In this document: positions 39,286 through 48,132 of the stretch, piece after piece
How positions within the stretch are numbered: the first letter of the stretch is position 1
Layout of the letters: each line of letters starts with the position of its first letter
DNA from: an uncultured Gammaproteobacteria bacterium
GTDB taxonomy: Bacteria; Patescibacteriota; Patescibacteriia; Patescibacteriales; UBA12465
Reading direction: 5' to 3'
Assembly: GCA_964588435.1 (NCBI GenBank)
Contig: CAZPPI010000004.1
Coordinates: 12-64,011, forward strand
DNA length: 64,000 nt
Notes under the pieces: generated by a model
The model's database searches: none
What the model was told of the DNA's origin: nothing
Seen by the model: the letters and a program-made list of their open reading frames with translations, nothing else
Position numbers and translations under genes: made by a program

Positions 39286-39487
39286 AAAAAAAATTAAAAA
39301 TAGATAATTAATTTAATATAAACATTATATTAAATATATATGATTACAACAAGCCAGAAGCTGCTTAAAAGTTGTTAATAAGAAGGGGAAAACTAAAAAA
39401 AAGAAATATTAAGATTTATATTGACTCTTGAAACTAAACGTGTTATCTTAGATTAGAAGAAATAATTGTTAATCCTAAAAGAAGAAT
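39286..39487. other. dnaA-rpmH divergent intergenic region (candidate oriC half; contains both promoters)
   Basis: dnaA promoter TTGTTG-N17-TATAAT (39352..39324, minus). Putative rpmH promoter TTGACT-N17-TATCTT (39421..39449, plus). Further 9-mer copies TGTTAATAA 39373..39381 and TGTTAATCC 39467..39475. Confidence 0.45.
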
Positions 39488-39625
39488 ATGCCAAAAAGAA
39501 CTTATCAGCCCAATAAAAAAAGAGCTAAGAAAAAACATGGTTTTTTGAAAAGAATGTCTACTAAAGATGGTAGGGCTGTTTTAAAACGCCGTCGCGATAA
39601 AGGAAGAAAAAGCTTGTCTAAATAA
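39488..39625 (+). CDS. rpmH: 50S ribosomal protein L34 (not in the ORF track)
   Basis: Hand translation [45 protein letters not shown]. Canonical L34 sequence and position upstream of rnpA. Confidence 0.93.
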   Translation: MPKRTYQPNKKRAKKKHGFLKRMSTKDGRAVLKRRRDKGRKSLSK

Positions 39626-39641
39626 TAATAGACGAAGGTCA

Positions 39642-39968
39642 ATGCCTAAAAACACTTTAAGCAAAAAAAAAGACTTGGACCAGATTTTCAAAACTGGTCT
39701 GTCTTTTTATTGTTCTGTTTTGGGCCTGAAATATTTACCTAACACACTAGGCTTTAATAGATTGGGAATAGTTATTGGTTTAAAAGTTAGTAAAAAAGCG
39801 GTTATTAGAAATAAGATTAAAAGACAGATTAGAGAAATTGTGAAAAATGATTTTCCTAAAACAGAGATTTCTTATGATCTTGTAATAATAGCAATTAAGG
39901 GTTTAGAAACGAAGAATTTTTTAGAAATTAAAGAGTCTTTATTAAAGTTGGGAAAAGGATTAAAATAA
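39642..39968 (+). CDS. rnpA: ribonuclease P protein component
   Basis: 108 aa basic protein with the RNR-like motif (AVIRNKIKRQIRE), between rpmH and yidD. Confidence 0.88.
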   Translation: MPKNTLSKKKDLDQIFKTGLSFYCSVLGLKYLPNTLGFNRLGIVIGLKVSKKAVIRNKIKRQIREIVKNDFPKTEISYDLVIIAIKGLETKNFLEIKESLLKLGKGLK

Positions 39969-39993
39969 ACTTAAGTTTAATTAAATATTAAAA

Positions 39994-40251
39994 ATGTTTC
40001 ATTTTATTGATAATTTTTTAAAAAAAGGGGTAATTTTTCTTATTAAGTTGTATCAAAAGACTTTATCACCAGATCATGGAGTTTTTAAACATAGATATGT
40101 ACATGGTTTTTGTCGTTTTTATCCTACTTGTTCTGATTATTCAATCCAAGCTATTAGTAAATATGGCATAATAAAGGGCGGACTTAAGTCGGCCTGGCGG
40201 ATATTAAGATGCAACCCTTTTAATAAAGGGGGTAACGACCCACTTAAATAA
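39994..40251 (+). CDS. yidD: membrane protein insertion efficiency factor YidD
   Basis: [20 protein letters not shown]......[12 protein letters not shown] pattern. Confidence 0.92.
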   Translation: MFHFIDNFLKKGVIFLIKLYQKTLSPDHGVFKHRYVHGFCRFYPTCSDYSIQAISKYGIIKGGLKSAWRILRCNPFNKGGNDPLK

Positions 40252-40285
40252 AAGTTTAAATAATTATTAAGTTTAAAATAAATAT

Positions 40286-41038
40286 ATGGGAAATTTTTTT
40301 ACAACCTTTTTTTATCAACCAATTTTTAATTTATTGATTTTTATTTATAATTTTGTTTCATTTCAAGACATAGGTGTTGCTATTATTGTTTTAACTATAG
40401 TAATCAAAGGGCTTCTTTGGCCCCTAAGTAAGTCTTCAATTAAATCTCAAAAAGCCCTACAAGATTTACAGCCAAAGTTAAAAGAATTAAAAGAAAAATA
40501 TAAGGGTGATAAAGTTGCTTTAAGTCAAGCAACTATGGATCTTTATAAAGAAAACAAAGTTAATCCCTTTTCTTCTTGTTTACCACTATTAATTCAGTTT
40601 CCTTTTTTAATTGCAGTTTTTCAGGTTTTTAGGGATGGTGTTAATAGTAAGCTGGATTTAGTTTATTCCTGGATTTATCGCCCAGAAACAGTTGATATGA
40701 TGGCTCTAGGTTTAGTTGATTTAAGTAGCCCTAATGTTTACTTAGCAGTTTTAGCTGGATTAGCTCAATTTTGGCAAGCAAAAATGATGGTTACCAAGAA
40801 GCCGGAAGTAAAGATCGAAGGCTCAAAAGATGAAAATATGGCAGCGATTATGAGTAAACAAATGCTATATTTTATGCCAGTTATTACGATTTTTATTGGT
40901 ATTTCCTTGCCAGGTGGACTTACTCTTTATTGGTTTTTCTTTACTCTCTTAACCGCTCTACAACAATTATATACTTTTAGAAAAACCAATAATAATCAAA
41001 CAGAAAATAAAACAATTGAGGGTGAGATTATAAAATAA
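40286..41038 (+). CDS. yidC: YidC/Oxa1-family membrane insertase (short form)
   Basis: 250 aa. YKENKVNPFSSCLPLLIQFPFLIA and GLTLYWFFFTLLTALQQ blocks. Confidence 0.92.
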   Translation: MGNFFTTFFYQPIFNLLIFIYNFVSFQDIGVAIIVLTIVIKGLLWPLSKSSIKSQKALQDLQPKLKELKEKYKGDKVALSQATMDLYKENKVNPFSSCLPLLIQFPFLIAVFQVFRDGVNSKLDLVYSWIYRPETVDMMALGLVDLSSPNVYLAVLAGLAQFWQAKMMVTKKPEVKIEGSKDENMAAIMSKQMLYFMPVITIFIGISLPGGLTLYWFFFTLLTALQQLYTFRKTNNNQTENKTIEGEIIK

Positions 41039-41111
41039 TTTCTAACTAAAATTTTAAAAAACACCACCAGTATAAAACCGGTGATGTTTTGAAATCTAAG
41101 AATTTTAAGAG

Positions 41112-43022
41112 TTAAAGGTTTAAAGAATTATCTTGACCTTCAATAGTGGAATCAGTTGATGAACTATTAGTTATTTCCTCGGTTGACAAATTAACTGAAT
41201 CTTCAACTATCTCAATAGTTTTTCCTATTAAACAAACTGCCTGCCAAGGAACATAATATGAATTGAAGCGCTGCTCAACTACTGGCGTCGTCGTTACTCC
41301 CTCCGGATAAGTTACCTTATAATCAAAATAGGCGCTAGCACCATTATGGGAGCTTTCAGTACACTTTTTTTCACCAGGAGCAAGCTCATCAGTTTCAATG
41401 TATTTAGTTGCTGGCGGCTTAACAATATTGTAAATAACCGGAGTTCCAACTTCAACTTCTCTGCCATCCTTAAGACCCCAAAAATCAAAATAAAGGTCAT
41501 CTCCCTCAATTCTAGACTGAATTAAAATATAGTTTCCAGTGTCGTTAATAAAACGATAGTCTGGCCAAGGGTCATAAATTGTGGCATCAGTTCCGGCTGG
41601 CTCATAATAAGAAACACGATAAGAATGATTTCTTCTCATGGTTATTGGTAGACCAGATTGTAGAGTTGTTCTAAACATAGTTGTCCCTACTTGGCATAGG
41701 CCACCACCATATTCAGGAATAGTCTTGTCGCCCTTTATTACTAGTTCGGTTCTATAACCATTTGCCCCATCTATTTCACCCAACGCTTTAATCAAGGAAA
41801 ACTCTTCATTAGGTTTTATTAATAAGCCATGTAAGGTGTCAGCTCCAACTTTAATATTGTGACGTCGATTGACAGATGATCCTTTAAAATTTGAGTGACC
41901 AGTTCCAATTATTTCTTGAATTTTAAAATCATTTTCAGAAACAAAAGATTCAACACTAATATTTTTAATTTCTAATTCAATATTTGTTTCACCTAAACTA
42001 AAGGCTTGGTTTATTTTTTTAGCGCTAGCTTCAAGATCAAGTTCACGTCCATCTTCTCCAATTTGCCAATCGGAAACTTTTCCCGACTCAATTTCAAGTT
42101 TTGGTAAAATTATCTCTTTATTAATCTTTGGTGCCAATTTTTCTTCTAAATATAATTGGATTCTTTCTTCATTTAAAGATATTGTTTTGTTGGTTTTTTG
42201 ATTTTTTACTTCAAGCCAAGAAATAATATCTTCAATTTTAACGCGCCACAGCTTTTTTTCGTTATTAAAATTAAGATAAGATAATTCTAAAGATTCTCCG
42301 TTTTTTAAAATTATTTCAGCTTCGTTTTTAAGATTTACTAAATCACTGGTTAAAACAGTTGGGTAGCTTGAAACAGTTTTAACTAAAATTTTATTATTAG
42401 TTAAGTTTTTAAGATTTTTTTCTAAATCATTTAAGACTTGTTCATAATTAATAGTTTTACCAATTTTCTCTTGATTTATAGATAAAACCTCTTTGTTGTC
42501 TTGGTCTAACTTTAAAGAAAAATAAGCATTTTCAGGCGGAATAATTAATTCTGAAAAAGAATCATCTAAAAAATAATTTAAACCAGTTTTTTCGATTTCA
42601 AGTTTAACTAAGATTTTTTTAGAAGAGCTAGATTTAAATAAATGATGAATAAATTTAAAGAAGTTTTTATTTTTACTTGAATCAAAAGCTAATTTACTGC
42701 TTTCTTCTGGAAAAAAAGCCAAAAAAGAATAGCTTGGTCCCGTATCAAGTGATTTATATTTTTCTTTTAGCACCTCTTTACCAGTTTCATCAATAAAAAC
42801 AATTCCATTATTTTCAATTTCGCTAATATTTTTTATTATAATATTTTTTACCTCGTCATAATTTTTTCCACTTAATTTATTCTCTCCTAAAGAAATGCCA
42901 GGATAAACCTGACCTTTATAGTTGAAGAACCAAATTAAATAAAAAGAAAGAAATAACAAAAAGATAAGCGCCGGTATTATTATTAAATATTTTGGCAGCT
43001 TATTTTTTATTTTTTTATTCAT
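41112..43022 (-). CDS. VanW-domain protein (membrane anchored)
   Basis: N-terminal TM. VanW core GGGLCQVGTTMFRTTLQSGLPITMRRNHSYRVSYY. Confidence 0.85.
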   Translation of the reverse strand: MNKKIKNKLPKYLIIIPALIFLLFLSFYLIWFFNYKGQVYPGISLGENKLSGKNYDEVKNIIIKNISEIENNGIVFIDETGKEVLKEKYKSLDTGPSYSFLAFFPEESSKLAFDSSKNKNFFKFIHHLFKSSSSKKILVKLEIEKTGLNYFLDDSFSELIIPPENAYFSLKLDQDNKEVLSINQEKIGKTINYEQVLNDLEKNLKNLTNNKILVKTVSSYPTVLTSDLVNLKNEAEIILKNGESLELSYLNFNNEKKLWRVKIEDIISWLEVKNQKTNKTISLNEERIQLYLEEKLAPKINKEIILPKLEIESGKVSDWQIGEDGRELDLEASAKKINQAFSLGETNIELEIKNISVESFVSENDFKIQEIIGTGHSNFKGSSVNRRHNIKVGADTLHGLLIKPNEEFSLIKALGEIDGANGYRTELVIKGDKTIPEYGGGLCQVGTTMFRTTLQSGLPITMRRNHSYRVSYYEPAGTDATIYDPWPDYRFINDTGNYILIQSRIEGDDLYFDFWGLKDGREVEVGTPVIYNIVKPPATKYIETDELAPGEKKCTESSHNGASAYFDYKVTYPEGVTTTPVVEQRFNSYYVPWQAVCLIGKTIEIVEDSVNLSTEEITNSSSTDSTIEGQDNSLNL

Positions 43023-43039
43023 ATTTTTGAGTAAGAGTT

Positions 43040-43450
43040 CTAGTCTTTTAAGATTACTTCTATTTTTTCTGGCTTAATCTTTTTTAGAGAAATTGTTAAT
43101 AAGCCGTTTTCTATTTCTGCTTTGATGTTCCGATTATCAACCTCGGAGGGAAGAATTATTGAGCGTGAAAATGAGCCCCAATAACATTCACGATAAAGAT
43201 AATTTTCCTCTTTTATTTTATTATCCTCACTACGAAAACCTTTAATGGTTAATAAATCGTGATGAAGAGAGATTTTTATATTTTCCGGCTTAACCCCCGC
43301 AACCGTTGATCTAACAATTATTTCTTTTTCTGTTTGATAGACATCAATTGATAATTGTCCCTCAGTTTCGTCGGAATTTTCCTCTAACCAAGTAGATTTT
43401 TCTTCTGGGAAGGGGGATAAATTTTTATTTAGTTTTTTATTAAATAGCAT
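43040..43450 (-). CDS. Hsp20/alpha-crystallin small heat-shock protein
   Basis: 136 aa. Alpha-crystallin domain (LSIDVYQTEKEIIVRSTVAGVKPENIKISL...GSFSRSIILPSEVD...A...NGLLTISL). Confidence 0.88.
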   Translation of the reverse strand: MLFNKKLNKNLSPFPEEKSTWLEENSDETEGQLSIDVYQTEKEIIVRSTVAGVKPENIKISLHHDLLTIKGFRSEDNKIKEENYLYRECYWGSFSRSIILPSEVDNRNIKAEIENGLLTISLKKIKPEKIEVILKD

Positions 43451-43561
43451 AAAATTTTTATTCAGTTTAAATTTAACATTTTTTTAAGTAAAAGTAAAGA
43501 CACTTTTAAGAAAAAAATAAAAAAGAAATCTAATGTTTTTAGACTTCTTTTTTATTTAATG

Positions 43562-43635
<74 letters not shown>

Positions 43636-43638
43636 TCT

Positions 43639-43714
43639 TGGTGGGCATAGATGGAATTGAACCATCGACCCCCGCTTTATAAGAGCGGTGCTCTAACCCC
43701 TGAGCTATATGCCC
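43639..43714 (-). tRNA. tRNA-Ile (anticodon UAU), CCA encoded
   Basis: Acceptor GGGCATA/TATGCCC, D arm GCTC-AGGGGTTA-GAGC, anticodon arm CCGCT-CTTATAA-AGCGG (U33, U34-A35-U36, A37), T arm GATGG-TTCAATT-CCATC, A73, CCA. Confidence 0.88.
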
Positions 43715-43792
43715 GATTATAGATTAGCTCTTTTAAAAAGTAAACAAGAGCTTTAATCGCTAAGTATTTTATAACATTAAGACGACGCTTTA

Positions 43793-44986
43793 TCAAGAGC
43801 TTTGTTTATTAAAACTATTTTTTAGACTTTTAATTAATTCATCTTCTATTATTTTTTGGTTTAAAGCGTTATCACTTCTACTTTCATTTGATTTTTCTTT
43901 ATTTTCAAAAGAAGCCTCGGCAAAAAAATAATTACCCTTACCGTTATAGTCTTTTAACAAAGATAAGCAATTAACCGCCTTTAAAGAAAAAGCTTTAATA
44001 TTAATTTTTTCCTCTTTTTTAGTTAATAAAACAAAGACCTTAGCTTTTGGTAAGCTACTAATTAATTCATCTATTATTTCCTCCAAACTTTCGCTTTCAG
44101 GGGAAAATTCAGCTAAATATTCTGGACCAATTTTTGACCAAAGGAACTCACCGTTATTTTCTGATTTTAAATATTTTAAAACCTCGCCCCAAAGTTTTAA
44201 AGAGCTAATGCTTTTAGAATAGAACAAATTTTTAACAATTTCTTCGCGTCTTGCCCCTAAAGCAATTAACTCTGAGCTTGCTAATAACGTTTTAGGACTT
44301 AAATTGCCAGATTTAAAATTTTTAGTTTTTTTAATAATGCCCGCCAAAAGACAAGTTGCTACATCTTCGGAAATCTGTTTAGCCTCATAGTTTTTTAGTA
44401 AATAATAAATAACCTCAGAGTTTGTGACTGAATTTAAGTCCACGAAATTGATTTGTCCAAAATCTTCATTAGCGGCGACATTATCAATATTAATAATTGT
44501 TGTTTTATAAAAAAATTCAACATTAGTATCGTAAATTTCTCCTAAAAACTCTAAATCATTAACCCCAACGGTAATAATTAAATCATGTTTAAACTCGTCT
44601 GCCCTTGAACTAATATCTTCAGCTGAAAACCAACCAGAGGCAGGGGAAATAATGAAATTAAGCTTATCTTCATCAAGAGAATATTTTATTTGGCTTATTT
44701 TAGCGTTTTTTATGTTTAAAGAAACAATAAATCTTCTTAAATTACTTAATTCAGATTCAATTTTTTTAAAAAAAGGAAGAAAATTTAAGTTATTTTTATA
44801 ATTTGTTGAATTTTCCTGACTACCATTGGCGCTAACAATAGCTACTTTTTTGCCAATATTTTTTAAAAAAATTAAAAGACCAAGAGAGGCTGCCAAAGAG
44901 TCCCCGTCTTTATTGTCCAAAAAGATGATTAAAATATCATTAGCTTTTTCAATTTGTTTAAAGATTTGTTTTTCTAAATTAATCAT
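43793..44986 (-). CDS. NrnA-like DHH/DHHA1-family protein with degenerate catalytic motifs
   Basis: Motif I region DNKDGDSLAS is retained. The expected IDHH position reads NIDNVAANEDFG. The DHHA1 GGGH position reads NGKGNYFFAEA. Confidence 0.65.
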   Translation of the reverse strand: MINLEKQIFKQIEKANDILIIFLDNKDGDSLAASLGLLIFLKNIGKKVAIVSANGSQENSTNYKNNLNFLPFFKKIESELSNLRRFIVSLNIKNAKISQIKYSLDEDKLNFIISPASGWFSAEDISSRADEFKHDLIITVGVNDLEFLGEIYDTNVEFFYKTTIINIDNVAANEDFGQINFVDLNSVTNSEVIYYLLKNYEAKQISEDVATCLLAGIIKKTKNFKSGNLSPKTLLASSELIALGARREEIVKNLFYSKSISSLKLWGEVLKYLKSENNGEFLWSKIGPEYLAEFSPESESLEEIIDELISSLPKAKVFVLLTKKEEKINIKAFSLKAVNCLSLLKDYNGKGNYFFAEASFENKEKSNESRSDNALNQKIIEDELIKSLKNSFNKQSS

Positions 44987-45085
44987 TAAAAATAGAGTAA
45001 TTAAATTTTAGCTTCCCATGGTATTGACTATTAAATATATAACTAAAAATGGCTTAAGTCAAGAACAAAAAGTTCTGTTTCAGGT

Positions 45086-45114
45086 TTGACTAAAAGAGAT
45101 ATTTTTGCTAATTT
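45086..45114 (+). promoter_or_regulatory. putative valS promoter placing the transcription start at or next to the ATG
   Basis: TTGACT (45086..45091), N17, TAATTT (45109..45114). The valS ATG is at 45121. Confidence 0.45.
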
Positions 45115-45120
45115 TAAACT

Positions 45121-47751
45121 ATGAAAAAAGAATTAGATAAAACATATCAACCCCTTGAACACGAGGATGTTATTTATGATATTTGGGAAAAGTCAGGGTT
45201 TTTTAATCCTGATAATTTAGAACTTTCTGAAGAAGCAGAGAACTATACTATAATCCTACCACCGCCAAATATAACAGCTAAACTCCATTTAGGTCACGCT
45301 TCAACGGTCGCGATTGAAGATTTGCTAATTAGATATAATCGTTTATTAGGTAAACGAGCCTTATGGCTTCCTGGGACTGATCATGCGGCCATTGCGACTC
45401 AAAATGTGGTTGAAAGAAAATTATTAGATGAACAAGGATTATCTCGTCATAATTTAGGACGAGAAAAATTTTTAGAAGCGGTTTGGGAATTCCTTAAAGA
45501 AACTCAGGGAACAATTTTATATCAAATGAAGAAGATGGGGGCCTCGCTTGACTGGTCAAGACTCACTTTTACTTTAGATGAGAAAAGACAGAAGGCGGTG
45601 AAAAAAATGTTTAAAGACATGTATGATGAAGGAATTATTTATCGTGGCGAAAGACTTGTTAATTGGTGTCCTCGTTGCCACTCAACTTTAGCTGATGATG
45701 AGGTTGACTACAAAGATCAAGAAGCTGGATTTTACACTTTTAAATATGATAAAGATTTTCCCATTAGTATTTCAACAACCCGTCCAGAAACTAAATTAGG
45801 CGACACCGCCGTTGCTGTTAATCCCAAGGATGAGCGCTATAAAAAGTATATTGGTCAAACAATTGAGGCAAATTTTTGTGGTCAAAAATTAAAACTTAAA
45901 ATTATTGCCGATCGCCAGGTGGAAATAGATTTTGGCACTGGCGCTCTTGGTGTAACTCCCGCTCATTCTGCCACTGATTTTAAAATTGCTGAAGATAATA
46001 ACTTAGAAATAATTAAAGTAATTGATGAGGACGGCTTAATTAAGTCTGGCTTCGGTAATTTTTCTGGACTCAAAACCTTAGAGGCGCGAAAATTAATTAT
46101 TGAAAAATTAAAAACAGAGGGTCTACTAGAAAAAGAAGAGGAAATAAAAAACAATCTTTCTGTTTGTTATCGTTGTTCATCTTCAATTGAGCCGATTCTT
46201 TCCAAACAATGGTTTATTAGTGTTGATAAAAAATTAGAACGTTTGGGTGGGAAATCTCTTAAAGAAAAAGCAATTGAAGCTTCTAAGCTTGAAAATATTA
46301 GTTTTATTCCTGAAAGGTTTAATAAAAGATATCTTGATTGGATGGAAAATCTTCATGATTGGTGCATTTCACGTCAAATTTGGTTTGGTCATCAAATTCC
46401 GGTTTGGTATAAAGGTGATGAGGTTTTTGTTGGTTTAGAAGCGCCGAAAGAAGATGGTTGGATTCAAGACCCTGATACACTTGATACTTGGTTTTCTTCA
46501 GGGATGTGGACCTTTTCAACCCTTGGTTGGTCGGATAATTATAAGGATGGACAAAAAATTGGTGATTTGAAAAAATTTCATCCGACCCAAGTTTTAGAAA
46601 CTGGTTATGAGATTTTAACTCTTTGGGTTTCTAGGATGATTATGATGTCTTTTTTTGCTCTTGGTGAAATTCCTTTTGAAAAAGTCTATCTTCACGGTAT
46701 GATTTTAGATGAGAAGGGGAAAAAGATGTCAAAATCTAAAGGTAATGGGATTGACCCGCTTGATATGGCAAGTAAATATGGGGCTGACGCGACACGCTTA
46801 GCGCTTTTAACTGGTTCAACCCCAGGAAACGATGTTCGTTTTAGTGAGGATAAAATTGAAGCTAAAAGAAATTTTATTAATAAACTTTGGAATATTTCTC
46901 GTTTTATTATTAATTTAGTTGAAAATAAAACTCATGTAGAAATCGAGACAGAAATTCCTGTTGAAAGCTTGGCCGACAAATGGATTATAGCTGAACTTGA
47001 AAGTACTAAGTCTTTAGCAACCGAACACCTAAATAATTATAACTTTTCTTTAGCGGCCGAAGTGTTAAATGATTTTAGTTGGAACAAATTAGCTGACTGG
47101 TATTTAGAAGTCGCAAAAATTGAAAGAGGAAAAGATGGTTTATTAAAACAGATTTTAAAGGATATTTTAATTCTTTGGCATCCTTTTATTCCTTTTGTTA
47201 CTGAAACTGTTTGGCAGAGTTTTTTTGATGGAATTTTGATGGTAGAAAAATGGCCAAAAGCTAAAGAACTTGAAAAAAAAGGCCAAGAGTCTTTAAAAGA
47301 TTTTGCTTTAATTCAAGAACTAATTGTTGCGATTAGAAATCTTAGAAGTGAAAATAAAATAGAGCCAGCTAAAAAAATTAAAGCGGTTATTTTTGCGCAT
47401 GAATTTAAAAACTTAATTGAGAACCAGAAACATTTAATTTTAGGTCTTAAAACCGGAATTGATAGTTTAGAAATTAAAGAAAAAGGAAGTCCAATTGAAA
47501 ATTCCTTAATTATTGTTGTTGCTAAGATTGAAATTTATCTTTTAGAAGCAATTGATGAAAATAAAAAGAAAGAAACACTTATTAAAGAAAAAGAAAATTT
47601 AGAAAAATTAATTTTAATACAGGAACAAAAACTTGATAATCAAGAATTTGTTAGTCGTGCTCCAGAAAAGATTGTTGAGACTGAAAAAGAAAAGCTTAAG
47701 AATTATCAAATAGAGTTAGAAAAAATTAATAAAAATATAGAAAGTTTATGA
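45121..47751 (+). CDS. valS: valyl-tRNA synthetase
   Basis: HIGH-type PPPNITAKLHLGHA, KMSKSKGN, CP1 editing domain, and a C-terminal coiled coil. 876 aa. Confidence 0.97.
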   Translation: MKKELDKTYQPLEHEDVIYDIWEKSGFFNPDNLELSEEAENYTIILPPPNITAKLHLGHASTVAIEDLLIRYNRLLGKRALWLPGTDHAAIATQNVVERKLLDEQGLSRHNLGREKFLEAVWEFLKETQGTILYQMKKMGASLDWSRLTFTLDEKRQKAVKKMFKDMYDEGIIYRGERLVNWCPRCHSTLADDEVDYKDQEAGFYTFKYDKDFPISISTTRPETKLGDTAVAVNPKDERYKKYIGQTIEANFCGQKLKLKIIADRQVEIDFGTGALGVTPAHSATDFKIAEDNNLEIIKVIDEDGLIKSGFGNFSGLKTLEARKLIIEKLKTEGLLEKEEEIKNNLSVCYRCSSSIEPILSKQWFISVDKKLERLGGKSLKEKAIEASKLENISFIPERFNKRYLDWMENLHDWCISRQIWFGHQIPVWYKGDEVFVGLEAPKEDGWIQDPDTLDTWFSSGMWTFSTLGWSDNYKDGQKIGDLKKFHPTQVLETGYEILTLWVSRMIMMSFFALGEIPFEKVYLHGMILDEKGKKMSKSKGNGIDPLDMASKYGADATRLALLTGSTPGNDVRFSEDKIEAKRNFINKLWNISRFIINLVENKTHVEIETEIPVESLADKWIIAELESTKSLATEHLNNYNFSLAAEVLNDFSWNKLADWYLEVAKIERGKDGLLKQILKDILILWHPFIPFVTETVWQSFFDGILMVEKWPKAKELEKKGQESLKDFALIQELIVAIRNLRSENKIEPAKKIKAVIFAHEFKNLIENQKHLILGLKTGIDSLEIKEKGSPIENSLIIVVAKIEIYLLEAIDENKKKETLIKEKENLEKLILIQEQKLDNQEFVSRAPEKIVETEKEKLKNYQIELEKINKNIESL

Positions 47752-48128
47752 CTTTAAAAAATTATATTTTAGCGATGTCAGTTTTAACCGCTATTTGTTG
47801 GGGTGTTTTTCTTTTTATCGCTGGAACTATCAATCCTGTTTCTACTAATTGGCTTGGTTTTCTTTTATTTTATATTAGTCTTGGAGTAGCCTTAATTGGG
47901 ACTAGTTCAATTTTGGGTTTAATTTTAAGATTTTTCTTTGCTAAAGATGAGGCAGTTTTTAATTCTGTTAAAAATTCTTTTCGTCAGTCTTTTCTTTTTT
48001 CTTTATTTATTATTTCTTTATTAGTTCTTAAGTCTGCTAATTATTTTAGTTGGCTAAACCTAATTCTCTTAATAATTATGTTTACAATTTTAGAAATTTT
48101 TTTAAGTACCAAGAAAAAAACTGAATAA
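47748..48128 (+). CDS. hypothetical 4-TM membrane protein
   Basis: 126 aa hydrophobic ORF translationally coupled to valS (ATGA overlap). No family recognised. Confidence 0.55.
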   Translation: MTLKNYILAMSVLTAICWGVFLFIAGTINPVSTNWLGFLLFYISLGVALIGTSSILGLILRFFFAKDEAVFNSVKNSFRQSFLFSLFIISLLVLKSANYFSWLNLILLIIMFTILEIFLSTKKKTE

Positions 48129-48132
48129 CTAT

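Noticed and set aside
45012-45120. T-box riboswitch leaders upstream of valS, pheS or trpS
   Set aside because: The upstream gaps (about 110 nt, 4 nt and about 115 nt) are too short. They also lack the T-box consensus AANNNGGGTGGTACCGCG.
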